Source: Candidatus Aenigmatarchaeota archaeon | Lineage (GTDB): Archaea; Aenigmatarchaeota; Aenigmatarchaeia; QMZP01 | Direction of reading: 5' to 3' | Assembly: GCA_038999435.1 (NCBI GenBank) | Contig: JAVZYR010000001.1 | Span: forward strand, 12,708 to 76,707 | Length of the DNA: 64,000 bases | Shown: piece by piece, positions 9,486 to 19,347 of the stretch | Numbering within the stretch: the first letter of the stretch is position 1 | How the letters are laid out: every line of letters begins with the position of its first letter | The notes under the pieces: generated by a model | Told to the model about the DNA's origin: nothing | Databases searched by the model: none | What the model saw: the letters and a program-made list of their open reading frames with translations, nothing else | Made by a program: the position numbers and the translations under genes

Positions 9486-11999
9486 ATGAATATTCCTAAA
9501 CTATTATTATTAATTATAACAATATCTGCTATTCTAATCATTTTTATCAGATTCACAGGTCTATTTATTCCTCCTGCTGGCCCTCCTACTGTCTACACAG
9601 TCTGCTCTTCTGGTTGTGATTATGACAGCCTGACAGCATGCCTTTTTACTATAAATAATACACAGAATATTTGCAACATAACGGGCCCTGGCTTTTGGTC
9701 AATAAATGATAGCTATTATTTTATTAGCAATGCCGGTGAAATAGTTGAAATAGCATCAGATGATGTTATTTTTGATTGTAATAATTCAATTTTAAGAACT
9801 ACCCTCATCAATTCTTTTGTAATACGAATGAAAAAAGTTGATAACACAACAATAAGAAATTGCATTTTTAATACAATTGATAACACAATAGATTTACAGG
9901 GAAATAACATAAAAATATACAACAATTCATTTTATGGCGATTGGTATTCTTTGCGGGCTTATGACTGGGTTTACAATATATCAATTTATGATAACAATAT
10001 ATCAACAGGATTTGATCCCTGGTTTAGGGTAGTTAATTGTACCATAGAAAATAATAACATATCTAACGGTTTAAGAGGAGATTTTAACGATAGTATAATA
10101 AGAAATAATAACATTAGTTGCGTGTATATAGTTATCAATGGTAAAAACACAATTTTTGAAAATCATCAGCAAATCTGCGAATCAGGAGACGCTTTACAAT
10201 ATTTTGGTGGTATAAACATAACAATAAGAAATAATAGTTTTATAAACAAAACAACAGGAATAATTATAAATTCAGCTAATGAAACGAATATATATAATAA
10301 TACAATCGTAACATATATTCCAACTGATTATGGAGGGATAAATTCATCAGGCACAAATTTTAATGTTACAATAATCAATAACACCATCACAGGCCCATAT
10401 AAAACTTCAATTGGAATTTTAGGTAGTGGCAATAAAATCATAAATAATACAATAAGCAATACAACACAAGGGATTTATATTAATGGAAGTAATCATAACA
10501 TATCTAGAAATGTAATAAAAAATGCAAGCCAAGAATGTTTATACACAGATTCTTTCACCGAGTCTAGCATAATCTCAAACAACACATTCGAGGATTGCGG
10601 TGCTGTTTCTGGTCCATACGAAGCGTATCTAAGCTCATACTCTCCACTGCAGTATAATGGCAACAACTACACTATTGTTTTTTATGCAAATTCAGATATA
10701 ATCGACACTGTGCAAGTTTCAGAAGATAACACAAATGTTTCTGACATAGTCACAGGTGAAAATAACTTCAGCCTATGGTTAGGTACATGTGAGGATGGCT
10801 CAAGATGGACAGTTTATGTCGAAGAGCCAGAGAGTATGTCGTGCTCAGATGTATTTAATTTAGGTTGTAATGGCATATGTGACTTTGAACAGGATGGCTA
10901 CTGGATTGCAAATGGCTATGGTCAAAACTACACATTAAATCAATCACCGCAGGTCTCTGTCATTCCCGGCTACACAGACCCTGCATGGCTGAGATACAGC
11001 TCATGGTATGTCCAGGATTACTATCCAATTGTTCTTTATGGCTCCTCTGGAAACAACATAACAAAGAATTGGATAAAGGATGTGAACAAAAAGAACAACT
11101 ATTCTATCTACTCAGATACAAATGCACAGGACAGGATATGGCTAAACATGCTTCTCTCAGGTGGCATAAACATCACAGGCACTGAGCCAATCTTATGCGT
11201 GAATGGTGAAGGAAACTTTTATGGCGAGGGCAGTTTAGGCGTGCCTGAGAACGATTGTGGTCCTGCAAGCATCACCGCACCAACAGCAGGTGCATACACA
11301 GGTAGCATAACAATTCAATGGACTGCCCAATCCTCACCAGAGCCTGTAACATATGATGTCTATGCAAAGAATTTAGCAACAGGCGAGATGACAAAACTTA
11401 CAGAAACAACAAGCCTTTCATATTTATGGAACCTATCAGGATACTTAGGAAATTATAAAGCAATCATTATTCCATGGATCTCTGGCTCAAGGATTAATGC
11501 AACATGGGCAGAGTCAGGCATACTTCAGCTTGGTCAGGGTACAGGTGGAGGCAATGTCACTGTTACAATCCTTACATCCATCACAATATCCCTACCTGTA
11601 GATACAGTCAACTTTGGCACAATGCAACTTGGCCAATCTGACAACACAACAGATAACAGCCCACCACCATTCATCCTTCAAAATGATGGTTCTGTGCCCG
11701 TCAACATTACAATAAATGCAACTCAGCTTTGGTACAGCAGCCTTGGTTCAGGCACAAGCAGTTATTATCAATTCAAAACAGAATGTAATGAGTCATCATG
11801 TGTGCCAGACCCAGATAATGACCTCGTTACATCCTGGACAAACATACCAATAAATGAACAAGCAATCCTTGCCTGTTCAAATCTTCGCTTCATAGACAAC
11901 CAAGATACGGTTAAGATTCACATAAAGGTTACAGTTCCGGTTGATGAGCCAGCAGGTTCAAAGAACAGCACAGTCACATTCACAGCAAGCCAAGCATAA
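9486..11999 (+). CDS. Secreted right-handed beta-helix protein (adhesin-like) with a C-terminal domain paralogous to the 193-aa subunit
   Basis: N-terminal TM/signal; TVCSSGCDY then many I.NN.I parallel beta-helix repeats; last ~150 aa align closely with 12251..12832. Confidence 0.85.
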   Translation: MNIPKLLLLIITISAILIIFIRFTGLFIPPAGPPTVYTVCSSGCDYDSLTACLFTINNTQNICNITGPGFWSINDSYYFISNAGEIVEIASDDVIFDCNNSILRTTLINSFVIRMKKVDNTTIRNCIFNTIDNTIDLQGNNIKIYNNSFYGDWYSLRAYDWVYNISIYDNNISTGFDPWFRVVNCTIENNNISNGLRGDFNDSIIRNNNISCVYIVINGKNTIFENHQQICESGDALQYFGGINITIRNNSFINKTTGIIINSANETNIYNNTIVTYIPTDYGGINSSGTNFNVTIINNTITGPYKTSIGILGSGNKIINNTISNTTQGIYINGSNHNISRNVIKNASQECLYTDSFTESSIISNNTFEDCGAVSGPYEAYLSSYSPLQYNGNNYTIVFYANSDIIDTVQVSEDNTNVSDIVTGENNFSLWLGTCEDGSRWTVYVEEPESMSCSDVFNLGCNGICDFEQDGYWIANGYGQNYTLNQSPQVSVIPGYTDPAWLRYSSWYVQDYYPIVLYGSSGNNITKNWIKDVNKKNNYSIYSDTNAQDRIWLNMLLSGGINITGTEPILCVNGEGNFYGEGSLGVPENDCGPASITAPTAGAYTGSITIQWTAQSSPEPVTYDVYAKNLATGEMTKLTETTSLSYLWNLSGYLGNYKAIIIPWISGSRINATWAESGILQLGQGTGGGNVTVTILTSITISLPVDTVNFGTMQLGQSDNTTDNSPPPFILQNDGSVPVNITINATQLWYSSLGSGTSSYYQFKTECNESSCVPDPDNDLVTSWTNIPINEQAILACSNLRFIDNQDTVKIHIKVTVPVDEPAGSKNSTVTFTASQA

Positions 12000-12829
12000 A
12001 AGCTTATAAGGTTTTTAATACCAATAATTAAAATAGGAGGTAAAATGGCATCCAACAAATTGCTGGCTGCATTGATTTTAGTGCTACTTGTAGCATCGCT
12101 TGTTGGTATGTATATTTTGATTGCACCGCTAATTCCAGTCGCGCCAGCCATAGCAACAGAGACAGGAGTTGTTAGCCTTTATGTTGCACCACAGCCATAC
12201 TCTACAGGAGGTATGGTTTCTGTGGTCGTAATAGGATAAGGAGGTAAAAGATGGTAAGCAATAATACACTTGCAGCCCTTATCTTGGTAGCAATAGTGAT
12301 ATCCCTGGTAAGCATAGCAACAACCCTAAACATTGCCTCAAGGATACCCATAACCCTAACAGGAGGCATATCAGGCACAACACAAGTATCAGTCGCAACA
12401 GCAATCACAATCACCCTGCCAGTAAGTACAGTAAACTTTGGCTCAATGTCCCTTAATGCAGAGGATGATACAACGGACAACAGCCCAGGCCCGTTCATTG
12501 TTCAAAATGACGGTTCTGTGTGTGTCAATGTGACAGTTAATGCAACACAACTTTGGTCAGGAACAGGCGCAACAGGTACATCGACATACTACAGATTTAA
12601 ATCAGAATGCAATGAGGCAAATTGCGTTAACAACGAAACAGAAGATCTTGTGAGCTCATGGACAAACATGCCAATTGCATCTGCTGCAACAAAGCTTGTC
12701 AACAGACTAAGATACACTGATTCACAGGATACTGTGAAGGCGCACATTTATCTAAAGGTCCCTGCAGATGAGCCAGCAGGTCCAAAGAGCAGTACTGTGA
12801 CATTTACATCAGAAGACGCAGGCGGCTGC
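11544..12829 (+). repeat. Diverged direct duplication: copy 1 ~11544-11996 (C-terminus of 837-aa ORF), copy 2 ~12371-12829 (mature 193-aa ORF)
   Basis: Shared blocks ITI.LPV.TVNFG.M, TTDNSP.PFI.QNDGSV.VN.T.NATQLW, ECNE..CV, DLV.SWTN.PI, QDTVK.HI, VP.DEPAG.K.STVTFT. Confidence 0.9.
12045..12239 (+). CDS. Small membrane-anchored peptide of the surface locus
   Basis: Strong SD AGGAGGT; N-terminus MASNKLLAALILV nearly matches MVSNNTLAALILV of the next gene. Confidence 0.8.
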   Translation: MASNKLLAALILVLLVASLVGMYILIAPLIPVAPAIATETGVVSLYVAPQPYSTGGMVSVVVIG

Positions 12830-12832
12830 TAA
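12251..12832 (+). CDS. Putative major surface/filament subunit (beta-rich, WxL/TasA-like architecture)
   Basis: Strong SD AGGAGGT; signal/TM; Thr/Ser/Val-rich beta domain ending STVTFT; followed by T-tract. Confidence 0.8.
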   Translation: MVSNNTLAALILVAIVISLVSIATTLNIASRIPITLTGGISGTTQVSVATAITITLPVSTVNFGSMSLNAEDDTTDNSPGPFIVQNDGSVCVNVTVNATQLWSGTGATGTSTYYRFKSECNEANCVNNETEDLVSSWTNMPIASAATKLVNRLRYTDSQDTVKAHIYLKVPADEPAGPKSSTVTFTSEDAGGC

Positions 12833-12842
12833 AATAAAAAAC

Positions 12843-12863
12843 TTTTCATTTTTTCTTTTTTTT
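12843..12863 (+). terminator. Oligo-T archaeal terminator after the 64-aa/193-aa gene pair
   Basis: ttttcattttttctttttttt just downstream of the stop at 12832. Confidence 0.55.
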
Positions 12864-12889
12864 AAATATTTTCACAGATATCTATAAAG

Positions 12890-14059
12890 ATGAAAAGGAT
12901 TTTCTCAATCATCTTGTTATTGACACTGGTTTTAATTTTACCATCAGCATTAGCCATTGGCATGTCACCTGCAAGGATAGAGATAGATTTTCAGCCAGGT
13001 GCAAACCTAACTTACGATTTCTGGGTTCTAAATAATCTTAATGAAACGCGTTCTATAGAGCTATATCCAACAGGCGAGCTTGCTGACAGGATAACCATTT
13101 ATGGTGATAAACAATTCGAACTTGAAGGACAAAAGGTTAGGCAATTTTCATTTTCCATACTACTACCTGAAGAACTTGAGCCAGGGCTTCACAAGTCAGG
13201 GATAGGTGCAATAGAAGGCCTGCCAAGTGGCAGGGAAGGCGGGACACAACTTGCTGCACGCGCAGCAGTTATAATGCAGGTATGGATAAGGGTACCATAT
13301 CCAGGAAAGTATGCAGAGATTAGTATAGAGGCAAAAGATGTTGAACTTGGTCAGCCAACACCATTCACAATCCATGTCAAAAACCTTGGCTCTGAAGACA
13401 TCACAGCAGAGGATGAGATAGAAATATGGAATGGTGATAAGAAAGTTGCAGAGCTGAGCGCAGGTTCTGTTTCAGTAGCTGCAAAAGGCACAGAAAATCT
13501 TTATGCAAGCTGGAAAGCAGACAGTGCAGGTGTATACAAAGCAATAGCAAATGTGAAATATGATGGCAAAAATGCATCAGCTTCAACATTTTTCAGGGTT
13601 GGGGCTCTTGACATAGAAATATTAGACCTCTCAAAAGAGATTGTGCAGGCCGGAGAGATAGCAAAGTTTAAGGTTAAACTAAAAAGCAAATGGAATGCAG
13701 AGATTAGAAACATTTATGCCGATGTTGAAATACTGAAAGATGGAAATGTTTTAAAAACAGGGCGCTCAGCGCCATTCATGTTGGGTGTATGGGAAGAAAG
13801 GGAAATCCCCATTTATGTTGAAACACAGGGCCTTGAGCTTGGTGTCTATGATGCAAAAGTTAAAGTATATTTTGATAATAGGACAAAGGAAAAAGATTTC
13901 TCTTCTAGATTGGAGATTGTTGCATACAAACCTTTTGAGATATCCCTACCTTATATCATCATTTTGATATTCTTCATATTCGTACTACTCTTGATAACCT
14001 TATTATTATTAAAAAGGAGGAAGGAATCGCATGAAAAAAGGTCAAGAAGAAAAAAATAA
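12890..14059 (+). CDS. Secreted multi-Ig-like protein with C-terminal TM anchor (architecture reminiscent of WxL-interacting DUF916/DUF3324 proteins)
   Basis: Signal peptide ending ALA-IGMSPARIEI; beta-rich domains; C-terminal hydrophobic helix then KRRK basic tail. Confidence 0.75.
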   Translation: MKRIFSIILLLTLVLILPSALAIGMSPARIEIDFQPGANLTYDFWVLNNLNETRSIELYPTGELADRITIYGDKQFELEGQKVRQFSFSILLPEELEPGLHKSGIGAIEGLPSGREGGTQLAARAAVIMQVWIRVPYPGKYAEISIEAKDVELGQPTPFTIHVKNLGSEDITAEDEIEIWNGDKKVAELSAGSVSVAAKGTENLYASWKADSAGVYKAIANVKYDGKNASASTFFRVGALDIEILDLSKEIVQAGEIAKFKVKLKSKWNAEIRNIYADVEILKDGNVLKTGRSAPFMLGVWEEREIPIYVETQGLELGVYDAKVKVYFDNRTKEKDFSSRLEIVAYKPFEISLPYIIILIFFIFVLLLITLLLLKRRKESHEKRSRRKK

Positions 14060-14480
14060 AATCAAGCTAAAACTAACAAAAAAACTGTGCATTTTGGTTA
14101 TAGTTTTAGTTGCATTTGCATCTGTACTTGGCACTATTTTATGGTCATCACCTGAAATAAAAAACATTGATATCTATCTTACAGTTGGCAATTACACAGG
14201 CATAAACGTAAACTCATCCGCACTTTGGTTTGGTACAATCCCGCAGAATGCTGTTGCACAGCGTAATATCATAATAAATAATGGTGATGCATGGCCAAGG
14301 CGAGTCTGGATAAAGGCGCAAGGAGAAATTGCAAAATGGATATCTGTTACGGATAATGGCTTTTTGCTAAAGCCAAATGAAGGAATGCAGGTAGGTGTTG
14401 TTGTGAGCATACCACCTGATGCTGCCCAAAAAAATTATACATCTCAACTCGAGATTGTGCTTATCAGGACAATATTTTAA
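14031..14480 (+). CDS. Membrane-anchored small beta-sandwich protein, possible minor subunit
   Basis: N-terminal TM; ALWFGTI resembles the TVNFG.M motif of the subunit; IPPDA..KNYTSQL C-terminus; overlaps previous gene. Confidence 0.7.
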   Translation: MKKGQEEKNKIKLKLTKKLCILVIVLVAFASVLGTILWSSPEIKNIDIYLTVGNYTGINVNSSALWFGTIPQNAVAQRNIIINNGDAWPRRVWIKAQGEIAKWISVTDNGFLLKPNEGMQVGVVVSIPPDAAQKNYTSQLEIVLIRTIF

Positions 14481-14613
14481 AGATTTATATATTACTAAAC
14501 AATAATAAATATATTTAGATTTTCATATCCCATTTTGTGTCCTTAAGACCACAAAAAAACAATGAAAATCGATATCTTGAGAACAAATTTAAAGAGAAAA
14601 ATGCAATATTAAT

Positions 14614-16209
14614 ATGGCAGAAAAAACAACTGAAGGCATAGAATATAATGGGGCTGTCAAGTCAGCAGAAGAACTCGCACGGGAACAAAGGGAGATATCA
14701 ATATCAGAATTTTTTGAAAAAAACAGGCATCTTTTAGGCTATGACAACAAAACAAAAGCGCTGATGATTATTGTAAAAGAGGCGGTTGATAATGCACTCG
14801 ATGCATGTGAAGAAGCAAGGATACTCCCAGAGATTTATGTTAAGGTTGAAGAGGTTGAAGAAGAGAAATACAAGATTGTTGTAAGGGATAATGGCCCTGG
14901 CATAGTTAAAAAGAATATACCAAAAATATTTGGAACGCTTCTTTATGGTTCGAAGTTTCACAGGCTGAGGCAGAGCCGTGGTGCGCAAGGCCTTGGCATA
15001 TCCTGCGCAGTGCTCTATTCACAGCTAACAACAGGCATGCCAACAGAAATACTCAGCTCAACAGGTGATGGTGTAACGCATCGCTACAAACTTAAAATAA
15101 ATGTAAAAAAGAATGAGGCAGATGTGCTCGAGGAAGAAAGCATAGACATGGGAAAATGGCATGGTGTACAGATAACATTTTTTGCTGAAGGTGTATACAA
15201 AGAGCATAAGCAATCAATTTTGGAATATCTCAAACAAACAGCCATGACAAATCCCTATGCATACATCATTTTCGATGCACCGACAGGCAGAATAGAATTT
15301 ACAAGGGCTGTGGACAGCTTACCAGTTGAGGCAAAAGAGATAAATCCACATTTGCATGGTGTAGAGATTGGCATGCTTGAGAGGATGCTTCACGATACAA
15401 AGGCAAGAAGTCTTCAGTCATTCTTTGTTACAGAATTTACAAGGGTCGGGAGTACAACTGCAAAACAGATATGCGAGAAGGCAGGTATTGACCCGAGAAC
15501 ATCTCCAAGACGCGTGACTGATGAACAATTAAGACAACTGATGAAAGCGATAAAAGAGACGAAACTTCTTGCACCACCTACTGATGTATTATCCCCACTT
15601 GGAGAAGAGCTTATAGAAAAAGGCATGAAAAAAGAACTTGCACCTGAATTTGTAGTTGCTGTTTCAAGGTCTCCTGCTGTTTATAGAGGTTGGCCATTCC
15701 AGATAGAGGTTGGACTGGCATATGGTGGACAAATTCAAGAAGCAAGGCTTTATAGATTTGCAAACAGGGTTCCATTACTTTACAAACAAGGTGATTGTGC
15801 AATAACCCATGCTGTCGAGGAAATAGACTGGAAAAGATATGGTATTGAAGGTGAGATGCAGATTGGAAAGGCAGGAAGCCCACCAATTGCGATATTTGTG
15901 CATATATGTTCTGTTTGGGTTCCATTTACATCTGAATCAAAGGAGGCTGTTGCATCATATCCTATAATAATAAAAGAAACAAAACTTGCAATACAGGATG
16001 CGGCAAGAAAGCTTTCTCTTTATCTTTCAGGAAAGAGAAAAGCAGAGTGGCAGAGTCAGAGGCTCAAGACATTCGAGAAGTATGCAGATGAGACTGCCCG
16101 GGCCCTTGCAGAGCTTGTGGCAAAGCCAAAGGAAGAAATAAAAGCAATGATACTTGAAATAATAAAGAAAGGTGAATTTGTAGAGGATGAGGAAAATGGA
16201 AAAGGATAG
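14614..16209 (+). CDS. top6B: DNA topoisomerase VI subunit B
   Basis: ISEFFEKN, KEAVDNALDACE, DNGPG, GSKFH, RFANRVPL. Confidence 0.97.
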   Translation: MAEKTTEGIEYNGAVKSAEELAREQREISISEFFEKNRHLLGYDNKTKALMIIVKEAVDNALDACEEARILPEIYVKVEEVEEEKYKIVVRDNGPGIVKKNIPKIFGTLLYGSKFHRLRQSRGAQGLGISCAVLYSQLTTGMPTEILSSTGDGVTHRYKLKINVKKNEADVLEEESIDMGKWHGVQITFFAEGVYKEHKQSILEYLKQTAMTNPYAYIIFDAPTGRIEFTRAVDSLPVEAKEINPHLHGVEIGMLERMLHDTKARSLQSFFVTEFTRVGSTTAKQICEKAGIDPRTSPRRVTDEQLRQLMKAIKETKLLAPPTDVLSPLGEELIEKGMKKELAPEFVVAVSRSPAVYRGWPFQIEVGLAYGGQIQEARLYRFANRVPLLYKQGDCAITHAVEEIDWKRYGIEGEMQIGKAGSPPIAIFVHICSVWVPFTSESKEAVASYPIIIKETKLAIQDAARKLSLYLSGKRKAEWQSQRLKTFEKYADETARALAELVAKPKEEIKAMILEIIKKGEFVEDEENGKG

Positions 16210-17293
16210 TGTGGAAAAACCAAATGAGAAGTTGAAGAGCCTTGGCTTAGATGTGCTGAGCCAGCTTCAAGCAAAGAAAAATCCTGACATAGTCCTACCA
16301 ATAAGGACACTTGGTAACATATATTTTGATGAAAAATCAAGGCTCATCATGCTTGGTGATAAAAAAGCGCACAGAACATATCTGAACGTTGCACACACAA
16401 GAAAATTTATGCAAACATTAATGGTAGCGGCTGAGTGTAAAAAAATCATTGAGCAAGGCGTCACAACTTCGATTAGAGACCTTTATTATGCACTAAAGAG
16501 GACAATACCTGGAACACAAGAAAATACATTCGAGGAGCAGGATGAAAGTGACCCTATCATAGAAGATTTAGAAGCAGCACTTGATGTGCTCAGGGAAACA
16601 TTGCATTTGCGTGCTGATAGAAAGGGATATGCTGCAGGCCCAATAAAAATAAACGATGGAGGAGATGTCATAGATTGTACAAAGATGGGCACATCTGGTT
16701 GGGCAATACCATCAAATGTGGAACCAGAGATTATAAAGTTTATTGAAAATAAAGCAAAATTTGTGCTTGTTATAGAGAAAGATGCAGTGTGGCAAAGGTT
16801 GAATGAGGACAAGTTTTGGCAAAAGCATAATTGCATAATAGTTACAGGAAAGGGACAGCCTGATAGAGGAACAAGAAGGCTTATCAATAGGTTGCATAAC
16901 GAGCTTGGTTTACCTATCTATGTGCTTACAGATGCAGATCCATGGGGATATTATATATATTCTGTTATCAAGCAAGGTAGTATAAATCTCAGCTTCTTAT
17001 CAGACAGACTTGGAACACCTGATGCAAAATTCATAGGTCTGACAACTACTGATGTAGAAGAATTTAACATACCAAAGAATGTTACAATAAAGCTTGACCA
17101 AGGAGATATAAAAAGAACTCAAGAGATGTTAAATTATATCTGGTTCAAACCAAAAGAGTGGCAGGAGGAGTTGAAAAATATGCTAAAAATTGGATATAAG
17201 TTAGAGCTTGAAGCACTATCAGCAAAAGGAATAAAATTTATATCTGAGGTCTATCTTCCTAAAAAGATAAAAGAACAAAGATTTTTGCCTTAA
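16187..17293 (+). CDS. top6A: DNA topoisomerase VI subunit A
   Basis: SIRDLYY catalytic Tyr region, VIEKDA, TDADPWG TOPRIM, ELEAL. Confidence 0.97.
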   Translation: MRKMEKDSVEKPNEKLKSLGLDVLSQLQAKKNPDIVLPIRTLGNIYFDEKSRLIMLGDKKAHRTYLNVAHTRKFMQTLMVAAECKKIIEQGVTTSIRDLYYALKRTIPGTQENTFEEQDESDPIIEDLEAALDVLRETLHLRADRKGYAAGPIKINDGGDVIDCTKMGTSGWAIPSNVEPEIIKFIENKAKFVLVIEKDAVWQRLNEDKFWQKHNCIIVTGKGQPDRGTRRLINRLHNELGLPIYVLTDADPWGYYIYSVIKQGSINLSFLSDRLGTPDAKFIGLTTTDVEEFNIPKNVTIKLDQGDIKRTQEMLNYIWFKPKEWQEELKNMLKIGYKLELEALSAKGIKFISEVYLPKKIKEQRFLP

Positions 17294-17341
17294 ATATTTT
17301 GAGAGCTGCACAAACTAATTAATAACAATTAAAAATATTTT

Positions 17342-19333
17342 ATGGCGCACACACTTGTGATTGCTGAAAAGCCAAGTGCAGCAAAAAAGATTGCTGAGGC
17401 AATAGGAAAGGCAAAAGCAGAAAGAATAGGAAAAGTGACATATTGGAGGATAAAAGGGAAAAAAGAGATAGTTGTTGTGCCTGCAGTTGGCCATCTATTC
17501 ACTCTGGTTGAAACAGGAAATCAATGGACATATCCTGTTTTTGATTTAAAATGGAGACCGATATTTGAGGCTGAAAAGGGTGCTGCTTGGACAAAACAAT
17601 ATTTTAATGTTATTAAACAGCTTGCAAAAGATGCCGATGAGTTTGTTGCAGCAACAGATTTTGATATCGAGGGTTCAGTGATCGCCTTTAACATTTTGCG
17701 ATTTTTATGTCAGGCTAACGATGCAAAAAGAATGAAATTTTCAACTCTAACCAAAGAAGAGCTTAACAATGCCTTTAAAAGACCAATGCCGCATCTTGAT
17801 TGGCCACAGATATGGGCTGGGCTTACAAGGCATGAGATGGATTTCTATTGGGGTATAAATCTCTCTCGGGCACTTAGCCTTTCTGTAAAAGCAGCAGGAG
17901 GCTACAAAACATTATCTATAGGTAGGGTACAAGGGCCAACCCTGAATATACTTGAAAAGCGAGAAAGAGAAATTGCAAACTTTGTTTCAAAGCCATATTG
18001 GCAGATTTTTTTGATAGCAGATGGTATAAAGGCAATGCATACAGGTGGCAACATAACATCAAAAACAAAAGCAGATGAGATTTTTAAAAAATGCAAAGGA
18101 AAGCAAGCAATTGTATCCAAAATAAAGGAAAAAAAGGTCAGCGTAGCACAGCCATGTCCTTTTAATTTAACAGATCTGCAAAGAGAGGCATATGCAATTT
18201 TTGGTTTTTCTCCAAAAATGACACTTGATATTGCACAAGCCCTGTATGAGCAGGCACTTATCAGCTATCCAAGAACCTCAAGCCAAAAATTACCTGATAA
18301 GATAGGATACAAAGGTATAATAGAAAACATATCAAAAATACCAGAATACAAAAAGGATGCATTAGATTTGTTAACAAAAAGGCTTAAACCAAGAGAGGGG
18401 CCAAAGACAGACCCTGCACATCCTGCAATATATCCAACAGGTTTGATACCTCATACCCTTACAACACAACAGAAAAAACTATATGACTTAATTGTCAGAA
18501 GATTTCTCTCAACATTCACAGACCCTGCAACAGCACTTTCAACTGACATTGAAATAAAAATAGACGATGAGACGTTTAAAGCAAAAGGATATAAAATAGT
18601 AGAAAAGGGATGGTTGGATGTATACAAATACACAAAGATAAAAGAGATTGAGCTACCAAAATTAAGAGAAGGTCAAATCATAACAGCCAAGATTGAGATT
18701 GTTGAAAAGCAGACACAACCACCACCAAGATATACACAGGCATCAATATTAAAAGAAATGGAATCTTTGAGTTTGGGTACAAAAGGAACCCGTGCACTAA
18801 TACTGCAAACCCTTTATGACAGGGGATATGTTGCTGAGGGCTCAATATATGTTACAGAGCTTGGAAAGGCAATAGTTTCGGCATTGGAAAAATACTGCCC
18901 TGATATACTTTCTGTTGACCTCACAAGACATTTTGAATCTGCCATGGAGCACATACAGGAAGGTAAAGAGAGTCCAGAAAAAATTTTAAAAGAGGCAAAG
19001 GATAAACTTGAGGAGATATTGAAAGATATTAAAAAAAGGGAAAAAGAGATAGGTCTTGTGATTATAGATGCGATAAAAAAGCTTGCAAGGACCCAGGCAT
19101 ATGTTGGGCAATGTGATTGCGGAGGAGAGATGGTAATAAGGAAATCGAAAAATGGAAAACGTTTTGTTGCATGTACAAAATGGCCTGCTTGTAACAAAAC
19201 ATTCAATCTACCTGCCCAAGGGATGTTAACAGTAACAAAAGAAAAATGTAATTGTGGCCTTTTCATCATCAGAATTAAACAAAAAGGAAAAAGGGCCTGG
19301 AAATTATGTGTAAGATGTGGATTTAAAATATAA
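17342..19333 (+). CDS. topA: DNA topoisomerase IA with C-terminal Zn ribbons
   Basis: IAEKPS, ATDFDIEG, GRVQGPTL, ISYPRT, AHPAIYPT. Confidence 0.96.
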   Translation: MAHTLVIAEKPSAAKKIAEAIGKAKAERIGKVTYWRIKGKKEIVVVPAVGHLFTLVETGNQWTYPVFDLKWRPIFEAEKGAAWTKQYFNVIKQLAKDADEFVAATDFDIEGSVIAFNILRFLCQANDAKRMKFSTLTKEELNNAFKRPMPHLDWPQIWAGLTRHEMDFYWGINLSRALSLSVKAAGGYKTLSIGRVQGPTLNILEKREREIANFVSKPYWQIFLIADGIKAMHTGGNITSKTKADEIFKKCKGKQAIVSKIKEKKVSVAQPCPFNLTDLQREAYAIFGFSPKMTLDIAQALYEQALISYPRTSSQKLPDKIGYKGIIENISKIPEYKKDALDLLTKRLKPREGPKTDPAHPAIYPTGLIPHTLTTQQKKLYDLIVRRFLSTFTDPATALSTDIEIKIDDETFKAKGYKIVEKGWLDVYKYTKIKEIELPKLREGQIITAKIEIVEKQTQPPPRYTQASILKEMESLSLGTKGTRALILQTLYDRGYVAEGSIYVTELGKAIVSALEKYCPDILSVDLTRHFESAMEHIQEGKESPEKILKEAKDKLEEILKDIKKREKEIGLVIIDAIKKLARTQAYVGQCDCGGEMVIRKSKNGKRFVACTKWPACNKTFNLPAQGMLTVTKEKCNCGLFIIRIKQKGKRAWKLCVRCGFKI

Positions 19334-19347
19334 ACCGTACAATAGAT

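Noticed and set aside
14481..14613. Longest intergenic gap, considered for an ncRNA or replication origin
   Set aside because: AT-rich with no GC stem, ORB-like repeat or adjacent cdc6; best explained as terminator/promoter space for top6B
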